From the sequence record OR670491.1: a stretch of 64,000 bases of DNA; one strand, written 5' to 3'. Made by a program: the position numbers and the translations under genes. Shown here piece after piece: positions 55,883-64,000 of this stretch (within the stretch, counting starts at the first letter, position 1; each line of letters opens with the position of its first letter). Below the pieces are notes generated by a model. It saw only the letters and a list, made by a program, of their open reading frames with translations, made no database searches and had not been told where the DNA came from.

Positions 55883-56405
55883 AACAATAAGAACACACAG
55901 TGCAGAAACATTCTTTGATATTTGGCTTGTCCAGGAGCTAATGACTATTGGTTCTATTCCTACGAAATTATTAAATTACACACATAACAATAGTAATTCT
56001 GTACCACACCAATCAATTACCGATAGTAGTGGTGTGGTGTACATGCGTAGTAGTACTAATATTAATAATATAAAAAGTGCATACAATAATTCATGTGGCT
56101 TCTTTACTTATAAATCCGATACTCACCCATCATTCAGTACTATATTACAGGGGAATGTAATTTATCTTGACATGTTGAAACCACAAGAGTATACTGACGA
56201 TGTAATTAATGAAATTAGTACTGCAACAGATCCGAATCTGGTAATTGCTTCTATGGTATTCTCTTACATGAGATACAGTGCTATGCCGTGTACGTGGGCT
56301 TCAGCACCTGATCTCAGGAGATATTTAAATTCACTCCTAGGCACAAACTTCAGAGAACATTTAAATGCACGACGATTTATACAAAATAAACTACAGATTG
56401 AGTAG
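55872..56405 (+). CDS. hypothetical protein
   Basis: long ORF in run; family C motif degenerate or absent. Confidence 0.65.
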   Translation: MRIETIRTHSAETFFDIWLVQELMTIGSIPTKLLNYTHNNSNSVPHQSITDSSGVVYMRSSTNINNIKSAYNNSCGFFTYKSDTHPSFSTILQGNVIYLDMLKPQEYTDDVINEISTATDPNLVIASMVFSYMRYSAMPCTWASAPDLRRYLNSLLGTNFREHLNARRFIQNKLQIE

Positions 56406-56718
56406 AAAAGAACTTATACTCAGGATTGGTTATGATGCACGTAAAAAATGTCACAATAATATCATGTACAACAGTACTGAACGTTTTCTTTTTTGTGTTG
56501 GATTTACAAGGTACTTCATTGATGACTTTACGGAGTTAGGTGAAGGGGAACTATTCCAGAACATGTGTGTTCTTCCTGATTACATTAATGTAGATATATA
56601 TGACTTAGTAAAGTATCAGAAAGCATTAAAGTACTTATACAATAACTATCCATGTACACCAGATCCTAAAACTATAGGTTATGAGGTTTATCACTTACCA
56701 GGAAATCTAATATGTTAG
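56365..56718 (+). CDS. family C protein, short type
   Basis: GELFQNMCVL. Confidence 0.7.
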   Translation: MHDDLYKINYRLSRKELILRIGYDARKKCHNNIMYNSTERFLFCVGFTRYFIDDFTELGEGELFQNMCVLPDYINVDIYDLVKYQKALKYLYNNYPCTPDPKTIGYEVYHLPGNLIC

Positions 56719-57296
56719 ATAAAGATAAAAAACTACTGTCCCCAAGAAATAATCATTTAAAATTAGATACATTAGAAGAAGCTATCCAATGCGGTAAACA
56801 GTTAGTTGAACTAATCAATGCAATTGAAAATGATGAAATACCACAGATTCAACGCTGTGAAGAAGAATTTGAGGGTGATGGCGATCCTTACTATTACAAT
56901 TTTAGAAAGGAAGATGCTAGAACATCTGAATACGAAAGTGCACTATATACAGTACAAGGTGATTACGACACAAGTGAATACGATCCATGTTTTCAGGGTG
57001 GATTCCTCAGTACTAGTTTAAAATCAGATATAATTGTAGTTGACTGGTATGTACACAGAGATGGTAGTTTAGAGGATAATAATGAACTTCGTCTCGATGC
57101 ATCAGGTATTGAATTTACTGAAGAGTCATTCTTCATGCACAGTACATTGTACTCTCAGTACTGCACTGGTGTTATGGTACTGGCGAAGTACTTAAACCAA
57201 GAACTCAAAAAACCTATCTATCTGGACTTAGATATGCTAGAACAAGCATACAAGTACCACCTTCAAGCCAAATCAAAAAAGGCATCTAAAAAATAG
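56712..57296 (+). CDS. family C protein, long type
   Basis: EESFFMHSTLYS; IYLDLD. Confidence 0.8.
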   Translation: MLDKDKKLLSPRNNHLKLDTLEEAIQCGKQLVELINAIENDEIPQIQRCEEEFEGDGDPYYYNFRKEDARTSEYESALYTVQGDYDTSEYDPCFQGGFLSTSLKSDIIVVDWYVHRDGSLEDNNELRLDASGIEFTEESFFMHSTLYSQYCTGVMVLAKYLNQELKKPIYLDLDMLEQAYKYHLQAKSKKASKK

Positions 57297-57326
57297 TTGA
57301 CCTTCCTCCTTCTCTTGTGATATAAT
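57297..57326 (+). promoter_or_regulatory. sigma70-type promoter
   Basis: TTGACC-18-TATAAT. Confidence 0.55.
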
Positions 57327-57360
57327 TCTTTTAATATCTTTTTAATGGAGTTATATCACA

Positions 57361-57834
57361 ATGAGCACTCATTTTCTTTGCACTTATCAATCAGCATTTG
57401 CTTTAGCTCAAAAAATCGAATTCCTTTACCATACATTCATTTCCTTCGAGGATGATGAACACATCCAAGTAGGTTCAGAAAGACTTGATTTCAAGGAAAG
57501 TCATAACCAAATTATATATAAAAAATGTTTGTTATTCAGTGTAAATGAAAATTCAGTGAATATCAGGACAAATATAGACCCTTATGTTTGTTATTCCCCA
57601 ACAATAAAGAGATATAAATTATCTACTGCAAGGGGTTATTCAAATGATTATGAAGCTGTTGACATTTTCAGTGAAGAAGATTACTTCATGAATTTGTGTT
57701 TGTTCCCTGAACTGGACGTATATAATCTTACTATCATTTCATACTTCAAGTTAAAGGGCATGGGTTCATTCTATATGGATCTGGATTGCGTTAATGAATT
57801 GTATGAGCATTTTTCTGGAGTACATAATGTATAA
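57361..57834 (+). CDS. family C protein, long type
   Basis: EEDYFMNLCLF; FYMDLD. Confidence 0.75.
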   Translation: MSTHFLCTYQSAFALAQKIEFLYHTFISFEDDEHIQVGSERLDFKESHNQIIYKKCLLFSVNENSVNIRTNIDPYVCYSPTIKRYKLSTARGYSNDYEAVDIFSEEDYFMNLCLFPELDVYNLTIISYFKLKGMGSFYMDLDCVNELYEHFSGVHNV

Positions 57835-58315
57835 GAATGTAATGATGACCGACTACGATTCAGTACTGAAATTTGCAGAAATCGTAACCAAAATACACTT
57901 TGAAGCTTACACTGATAATCCATTCGGTGGTTTATTTTATAAGAAATTCGACTCATACGAACGACCAATCCTCGCTGATCTAAATTATGTAAATGATGAG
58001 AATGCAATGGAACGATATTGTGAGTACTTCAAAGATAGTGATTTCAGTTTAAAAAGTGCATATATGTCATACGCACCTGGAACTGATATATCCATTAATG
58101 ATGGCTATGATAAAGTCCTATACAAATCTGAAGATTTACCAAAGGATTATAGTGAGGATTCATATTTTCAGTACTTATGTATACATGATATCAATACTGT
58201 GAATGTATTATTCTTCTATACTATTCTTCGTAAGAAATATCAGTTGACTAAATGTTTCTTTTTGGATTTTGAATTAATGTCCGATGCAGTACTGGAGTAT
58301 CTCAATGCCGATTGA
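57827..58315 (+). CDS. family C protein, long type
   Basis: EDSYFQYLCIHD. Confidence 0.75.
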   Translation: MYKNVMMTDYDSVLKFAEIVTKIHFEAYTDNPFGGLFYKKFDSYERPILADLNYVNDENAMERYCEYFKDSDFSLKSAYMSYAPGTDISINDGYDKVLYKSEDLPKDYSEDSYFQYLCIHDINTVNVLFFYTILRKKYQLTKCFFLDFELMSDAVLEYLNAD

Positions 58316-58646
58316 AATCGAGTTCATGGTTGATTCGGATTATGATTGTTTTATTATCCAGACTAAGTACAAAGATGACTTGTACTTAGTTTATATTCAC
58401 GATAATTCACAGTTCTATATGCATAGAAAAGTATCCAAAACATACACACAAGAAAAGAAAATCAAAAACTATACCAAACTAAGTACAGAAGAACTATTCC
58501 AAATGAGTTGTTCTGACGACTATGATGTGCATTTGATAAAAGAATTACAATTACCGCTTCTTAAATTCCAAAAAGAATGTAATCCTGTATTTGCAAAGCA
58601 CTTTGGTATCCCGTGGGATTATACAACATTTATGTACGAAGGATAA
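58305..58646 (+). CDS. family C protein, short type
   Basis: EELFQMSCSDD. Confidence 0.75.
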   Translation: MPIEIEFMVDSDYDCFIIQTKYKDDLYLVYIHDNSQFYMHRKVSKTYTQEKKIKNYTKLSTEELFQMSCSDDYDVHLIKELQLPLLKFQKECNPVFAKHFGIPWDYTTFMYEG

Positions 58647-58649
58647 GAT

Positions 58650-59045
58650 ATGAAAACAATGCATGTAATTTTACGTGTTGAAACTGCTTTACGTGTTGAT
58701 ACTTCTCTTAAATATGCCAATAATTCATATGATTCAGTAGTATATGAACGTTGGGTTAAGCTTGACAAGACGAACACTTTACGCTATATTTCTAATACAA
58801 ATAAATTCGATGTGAACTCCGAGAACGTTCCTAGGCTCGCTCACATGAGTTCTGAAGAGGTATTTCAGTACTCCTTAGTGCACAAGCATAGTGCTGATTT
58901 GAAGGTTCTGAAGGCCGTTCAGGAGGCTCTATTGGAGAATAACAGGACTCGTTACGTTACAATTGAGGTGGATGCACCGGATTATATGTTAGATGATGAC
59001 GAATTCTATGAGAAACATTTCCCTAAGAAACAATGGAGGGATTAA
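58650..59045 (+). CDS. family C protein, short type
   Basis: EEVFQYSLVH. Confidence 0.8.
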   Translation: MKTMHVILRVETALRVDTSLKYANNSYDSVVYERWVKLDKTNTLRYISNTNKFDVNSENVPRLAHMSSEEVFQYSLVHKHSADLKVLKAVQEALLENNRTRYVTIEVDAPDYMLDDDEFYEKHFPKKQWRD

Positions 59046-59513
59046 ATGCGAAAGTACAATGATGCTATGCGTTTCGCACGTGATAGTCTAAATGCACTCA
59101 CGTACCTTGTACTGAACGAAGATAAACTACCAAAAGAGTTTGACGTTCGTTATCCAGCCCGTAACGTTATGGTTACATGGCACGGTGCTTATAGTGTTAG
59201 TGTTTCGTCGGCAGGAGATCCATCACCTTATGTAGCTTCCATATTTGAAAAAGCCAGAACAAACTATGTGTACTTCGCTAAGAACACTAATACTGTTAAT
59301 TTCATCGCTAAAGACCGTAACTTGTGCAAGATGCAAGTACTGACAGAATTAAGTCCAGAGAATTTCTTTCAACAGAGTCTTCTTTATCCAGAAGATGCAG
59401 TACTTGCATTGTTTATGATTTCGTACTATAATTTGAACAGTACTATCGGTTCGTTCTCCTACGAGGTTGCTGACATGAAGCACTTCATTAAAACACTGAA
59501 GGGATTAAAATGA
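59046..59513 (+). CDS. family C protein
   Basis: ENFFQQSLLY. Confidence 0.8.
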   Translation: MRKYNDAMRFARDSLNALTYLVLNEDKLPKEFDVRYPARNVMVTWHGAYSVSVSSAGDPSPYVASIFEKARTNYVYFAKNTNTVNFIAKDRNLCKMQVLTELSPENFFQQSLLYPEDAVLALFMISYYNLNSTIGSFSYEVADMKHFIKTLKGLK

Positions 59514-60055
59514 ATATTGAAGGTATAGATAAAATTGTCCAAATGTACAAGTTCTTATTATATGCTCGTAAGAATATGGAAGCACATAAAATTTGGTTTG
59601 ATGCACCTGATGATGAATATATGTTGATTAGAAATATCGCTGCGGGTACTGATTTTTATGGAAAGGGTGATGGACTAATATTTACAATTCGCCCTGAAGT
59701 TCAGGGTGATCATAACCGACGAAACCCCAATAGTGCTTCACATTACAAGCACATACTACGCGATGATAATTTCTTCATTAGCTCAAGTGAAAGTGATTTA
59801 TGTGATGATATTTTCATTAGTTATTTGGATGAACCTGTTATAATCAAAATGCCAAGTACTGAAGAAGAGGAATTTCAGTTCTCATTAATTCATGATGACA
59901 AGACTATGTTTATATATTATCTACAGAAAGCATTGAAAGGTATTATACCAAATGATGTATGGGTTGGTGGTTATTATGATAGAATCATAAACTACGATTT
60001 CAGTACTGTACTAAGTCTCATTAACACTGATAAGATGAAATATGGAAAATATTAA
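59510..60055 (+). CDS. family C protein
   Basis: EEEFQFSLIHD. Confidence 0.8.
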   Translation: MNIEGIDKIVQMYKFLLYARKNMEAHKIWFDAPDDEYMLIRNIAAGTDFYGKGDGLIFTIRPEVQGDHNRRNPNSASHYKHILRDDNFFISSSESDLCDDIFISYLDEPVIIKMPSTEEEEFQFSLIHDDKTMFIYYLQKALKGIIPNDVWVGGYYDRIINYDFSTVLSLINTDKMKYGKY

Positions 60056-60560
60056 AACACCTAAGCATATTATTAAAGTACTTGAATTCATGTTAACTAA
60101 AGTACAAAAAACAATAGAGAATGGTATTAAAAAATCTATATACGTTAATGGAAAAGATTCTCTACTTATTATCCATCCTGATGGTCAATGCACTTTGCAG
60201 TACAATACTGACCGTAAAATCACTATGTTAAATGAAAACCTTCAGTACGTAAGTGATAGTGTTTCAAGGATTATCATCAGGGGTGATACATTCTTCCTAT
60301 CTTCACCGAACTCAATGAAGTTGTATCCAGTCAACGATGTTATTGAATATGAGGATGCAGAAAAATATGATTTGACTGGTTTCAAGACCGAAGAAGGTCG
60401 CTTCATGTTAAGTACACTTCTTGATCAAGATGCAATGAACATCCTGGAAATTGATGCTGCTATCGGTCACTTAATCCCAGCTAATCAATACATTAGCTTA
60501 AGAACCAATGCCATGTACAGCGAAGCAATGCGTGCTATAAGACGTGATTTCAACATATAA
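60042..60560 (+). CDS. family C protein
   Basis: EEGRFMLSTLLD. Confidence 0.75.
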   Translation: MENIKTPKHIIKVLEFMLTKVQKTIENGIKKSIYVNGKDSLLIIHPDGQCTLQYNTDRKITMLNENLQYVSDSVSRIIIRGDTFFLSSPNSMKLYPVNDVIEYEDAEKYDLTGFKTEEGRFMLSTLLDQDAMNILEIDAAIGHLIPANQYISLRTNAMYSEAMRAIRRDFNI

Positions 60561-60579
60561 GACCCTTATGGGTCTTTTT
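60559..60579 (+). terminator. intrinsic terminator
   Basis: AAGACCC-TTAT-GGGTCTT + T tract. Confidence 0.75.
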
Positions 60580-60590
60580 GTGTTTAGGGC

Positions 60591-60619
60591 TTTACAGAGC
60601 GTTCTAGACGTGTTATAAT
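60591..60619 (+). promoter_or_regulatory. sigma70-type promoter
   Basis: TTTACA-17-TATAAT. Confidence 0.65.
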
Positions 60620-60649
60620 GCGTATATATTAATTGTTTAAGAGGCTATA

Positions 60650-61189
60650 ATGGAAAAAATACTCATAGTTCATGACATTATAAAAGAGATGGCAACATTA
60701 CATGAAAGCGATAAAGTTGTTTCTAATCCCACTTCAATAACAAACTGCTTTTTAATGAGAAAGATGCACTACGGTGTGAACTTACTACTCAAGGCAGAAT
60801 CGGCAACGTACTTCACCTTTTCAGTGTATAGTAGTTCATTCCAAATAGATGATAGTACTGAGACAAAAATCCTGATAGATGGCTCTAACAAATGGGTGTT
60901 TATTGAAAGTGCTGAAAACTGTATCCCGTGCTTAGAGGCTGACTACGCAGATATTAAACTTGATCTAATTGAAAGTACTGACATTGAGAGTACATACTTT
61001 CAGATGTGTACTTTACATGATACTTCTATTGTAGATGCATTAGTACTTGAATTCTTACTTCGTGATTGGATTAAGAATAGTTCACTAGGAAGATTCTACG
61101 TTGGTTATGTCAATAAAATGCGTGATTTAACTGTTCAAGAGTTGAAAGAACTTCTGGACGCATTAAGGAAATTAAATGCTGAATCGTGA
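60650..61189 (+). CDS. family C protein
   Basis: ESTYFQMCTLHD. Confidence 0.8.
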   Translation: MEKILIVHDIIKEMATLHESDKVVSNPTSITNCFLMRKMHYGVNLLLKAESATYFTFSVYSSSFQIDDSTETKILIDGSNKWVFIESAENCIPCLEADYADIKLDLIESTDIESTYFQMCTLHDTSIVDALVLEFLLRDWIKNSSLGRFYVGYVNKMRDLTVQELKELLDALRKLNAES

Positions 61190-61745
61190 TATACTCTGTA
61201 AAATTAGTTCTGCACTTCATAAAGTTGGTACTAAGTACGATATCCCTGGTGAGAAAGATAAGTGGATTGATATTGAGGATGTGTACCGTATCGTAATCAG
61301 TCCTAGTACTGAATACACGTATAACATCTGTAGTATCAATACCATTAACTACAACCCAAGAATGGGTCTTCAACACATCATCATTGCATCCTATGTAGGT
61401 ACTAGCAGAGTTTATACTGATAACATTGGATACTATAGTCCGCATATGTTTTCTATACGTTGTGCAAGGGACAACCAAATAGCAGCGGTTGAATTGTATA
61501 ATGAGACTGAGTACGCGAATGAAGTGATGGATATCCCAGTTGATCTTCAAAACTTAAAAGAGCGAGAATCTTCATGGTTCCAGTACTCTTTACTTGACAA
61601 CTACAAGATTTATGATACTATGTGCTTAATGTACGATGTGAACAAGATTTTACCTAAAGGGGAAATCTTAATGTACGAGGCATTTGTTAATCTCAAAGAT
61701 GAAGAACTCCAAAAAATTTACGAGGAATTAATCAAACATGTCTAA
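61176..61745 (+). CDS. family C protein
   Basis: ESSWFQYSLLD. Confidence 0.8.
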   Translation: MLNRDILCKISSALHKVGTKYDIPGEKDKWIDIEDVYRIVISPSTEYTYNICSINTINYNPRMGLQHIIIASYVGTSRVYTDNIGYYSPHMFSIRCARDNQIAAVELYNETEYANEVMDIPVDLQNLKERESSWFQYSLLDNYKIYDTMCLMYDVNKILPKGEILMYEAFVNLKDEELQKIYEELIKHV

Positions 61746-62316
61746 CATCATTGATGCTATTCAAAATCCAAATCACAAAATTCTGTGCAATATCATTGCT
61801 GATATGAAGCAGCATTTGATTAAAATGAAAAACACAGATACACCTGTGAACTTCAACAAACAATTACAGCACGGGTTGAACTTGAGCTTAAAGTTGAAGC
61901 AGAAGATGACATATGATAATTACATCTTGAACGCAGGTGGTCCGCGTGCTATTGTATTTGTCAATAACGGTTTCAGTACTGATGCGGTGCATGATATCAA
62001 TGTTGACCATTACATCAATAATAGAAATTTCGTTGTTATTGATGCACCATGTGATAAAGTTGTACTTACTACGGATACAGGATACCGTAAAGTTAAAATT
62101 CTTCGCAGTACGGATGACGTACAAGGTAAAGTCTTTCAGATGATTACCGTTGAAGATACCGACAGTATTGATGCATTATTACTGGTATCAGCTTTACACG
62201 AACTAATTATTGGTAGTGCAATGAAATTGATTATTGATATTGATACCGTCAATAAATTATCAATTGACTCTCTACAGAAAGTACACGAAACTGTACAGGG
62301 ATTACTTAATGAATAA
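61738..62316 (+). CDS. family C protein
   Basis: KVFQMITVED. Confidence 0.7.
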   Translation: MSNIIDAIQNPNHKILCNIIADMKQHLIKMKNTDTPVNFNKQLQHGLNLSLKLKQKMTYDNYILNAGGPRAIVFVNNGFSTDAVHDINVDHYINNRNFVVIDAPCDKVVLTTDTGYRKVKILRSTDDVQGKVFQMITVEDTDSIDALLLVSALHELIIGSAMKLIIDIDTVNKLSIDSLQKVHETVQGLLNE

Positions 62317-62857
62317 TTTTCAAAATATGTACGACATGTGTAAGATTATGTCAAATTTCAGTACTAAGATTAAATCGGCTCCAGTAGCGGAAGTTCACAT
62401 GTCCGAACGCTACTACACGTTCCGAGTATCCAGTACTGGTGACAGTATTCGACTGTTCTTAAATGACCGACAGCAATTGTTTGATGTAGTCATTGTAGAC
62501 CATACTACAAAGGGAAAATATGCATACAATATGTATGCAAAAAATCGTTGGTTAGTAATTCGTAATACAATGCAACGATTACGTGCAGCTACAGATATAA
62601 ACAGTACTGGTGATGATTACGATATTACTAACATTTTAGATGAATCTGTTTTTAATTTTGAAATAGATTTATCTGTTGATGATCCATTCCTGCGTGACCT
62701 TTACAAATTACACGGGTGCGTTGTTCGTGGTACACAAGATATCAAAGCTGTGTCAATTGAGGTATCCAGAATTCATGAACACAATGTGAACCTGGAATCA
62801 TTGATTGATAAGATGAATACCAATTTCTTCTTTTGGAAGTGTAAGGATGAACTATGA
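62309..62857 (+). CDS. hypothetical protein (possibly degenerate family C)
   Basis: ATG 62309 overlaps previous stop. Confidence 0.7.
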   Translation: MNNFQNMYDMCKIMSNFSTKIKSAPVAEVHMSERYYTFRVSSTGDSIRLFLNDRQQLFDVVIVDHTTKGKYAYNMYAKNRWLVIRNTMQRLRAATDINSTGDDYDITNILDESVFNFEIDLSVDDPFLRDLYKLHGCVVRGTQDIKAVSIEVSRIHEHNVNLESLIDKMNTNFFFWKCKDEL

Positions 62858-63306
62858 CACGCGATGAGTGTATCCTATTATGTAAAGTTGTAGAGAAGAT
62901 CTTAAGTGATCCTTCTCTTGAAAATAGTAAAGTACTGAAAAATAAAACACGCAGGTCGTGGACTGATATTGCACTTGTAAGTGATGATATCAATGTTGGA
63001 ACTTTGTGGCCTTCGAGAACATATACACTAACAAGTGCAATACACGAAGAAAGTGTAGATTATGTAGGTGAGAAAACTTTCATCTACGGTAGTACTACAC
63101 CAGTAATGCATATCATTGATTTAGTTGATATGGATGACTTTGATTCGTTATATCTTCAGTACTCTTCGACATATAATACTGAATTAATTTATCAATTGGT
63201 TCTTATTTCGAGGATTAGTTATTTGATTAAAAATAACAATGATTATTCTTCGCTTTCACTTACGTTCGAATTACTACCTTATGCAGAGGAATTCTTAAAT
63301 GAGTAA
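62854..63306 (+). CDS. family C-like protein
   Basis: DSLYLQYSSTY. Confidence 0.75.
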   Translation: MTRDECILLCKVVEKILSDPSLENSKVLKNKTRRSWTDIALVSDDINVGTLWPSRTYTLTSAIHEESVDYVGEKTFIYGSTTPVMHIIDLVDMDDFDSLYLQYSSTYNTELIYQLVLISRISYLIKNNNDYSSLSLTFELLPYAEEFLNE

Positions 63307-63784
63307 TATCAGTGCACAAGATTACGTTAAGATTTACAATTTCATGAATAGCTTCTTTGGTCCTGAAACTAAAGAAGTACAACTAACTAAGAACTTACAG
63401 TTAGGTGTATACAGTAATACTTATGTAGGTATTAAGAATACATCAAGTACCACTGAATTTAATACAGATATGTTTCGTATTATCCGTAATACACATAATC
63501 GTGAAATTAGTACATTAACACCTAATACAATGATAGCTGAACCTCCGACGAAAAATATCAATGTTATCACATTCAATTCAGATAATGTCGTTGAGATTCC
63601 AGAATTTACTTCATTTGATGAATTACAGTTTCAGTTGAGTACTCTATATAAAAATGAAAGTATCCTGACATTCTTATCATATCTTAATAGTATTAATAAT
63701 AATTATGTGGTTTATTTTGGTTCAATCCAGTCTATTAGTATTACACAGGAATTAATTGATTACATTGATAGTCTGGAGGAATAA
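63299..63784 (+). CDS. family C protein
   Basis: ELQFQLSTLY. Confidence 0.8.
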   Translation: MSNISAQDYVKIYNFMNSFFGPETKEVQLTKNLQLGVYSNTYVGIKNTSSTTEFNTDMFRIIRNTHNREISTLTPNTMIAEPPTKNINVITFNSDNVVEIPEFTSFDELQFQLSTLYKNESILTFLSYLNSINNNYVVYFGSIQSISITQELIDYIDSLEE

Positions 63785-64000
63785 TGGAACTCAATTTCAG
63801 TACTTTACTAAAGTTCATCCATCCAGTACTTTGGGTACTAAAGAATAGAAAATCAGAACATGATACTGTTCAGTACAGTAATGATTACTACAGTATATTG
63901 TGCGGGGTTTATGCTGATGGTGGTTCCATTATTATGGAGTACAAAGAAGCTAGTGCAAGGGGAACCAATCTAAGAATCGAATTACGTCTACCACTGTACG
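63784..64000 (+). CDS. hypothetical protein, partial (runs off window)
   Basis: ATG 63784 behind GGAGG; open to window end. Confidence 0.6.
   Translation, partial: MELNFSTLLKFIHPVLWVLKNRKSEHDTVQYSNDYYSILCGVYADGGSIIMEYKEASARGTNLRIELRLPLY

Noticed and set aside
1044-62993. Many short antisense or alternate-frame ORFs in the track (e.g. 1044..1310, 5524..5964, 23924..24256, 30442..30852, 36038..36505, 61110..61550)
   Set aside because: They overlap better-supported genes that have RBS, promoters or family motifs, so they are treated as shadow ORFs.
1-64000. Alternative genetic code or stop-codon read-through
   Set aside because: Standard-code ORFs tile the window densely; the only broken gene is explained by a 1-nt frameshift.

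Overview
AT-rich, gene-dense segment of a large lytic dsDNA phage. Its organisation resembles the enterobacterial jumbo myoviruses of the RaK2/GAP32/CBB/PBECO4/121Q group; this is an inference from architecture, not a database result. I saw no host housekeeping genes, rRNA, tRNA, CRISPR array, integrase or transposase. Layout: (1) 0.1-2.1 kb, small + strand genes. (2) 2.1-13.4 kb, nine tandem minus-strand RCC1/BLIP-II-like beta-propeller paralogs, all starting MLPF(A/V)R; most have their own terminator/promoter cassette and one is frameshifted. (3) 13.5-17.4 kb, a tandem family of ~60-70 aa microproteins (family A). (4) 17.4-19.5 kb, non-coding and repeat-rich. (5) 19.5-38.9 kb, a distinct block, possibly a long terminal repeat/pre-early region, with roughly 45-50 sigma70-type promoter cassettes. 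It encodes small genes including H-NS-like, DksA/TraR, GNAT and protein-kinase-like proteins, plus two families of promoter-driven non-coding elements, one with covariation support. (6) 39-64 kb, two large paralog families: B (GTxxQ motif, ~21 copies in the window) and C (FQxS motif, ~38 copies in the window). The palindrome AGTACT is strongly over-represented and sits at promoters and in terminator stems. All counts were made by eye.
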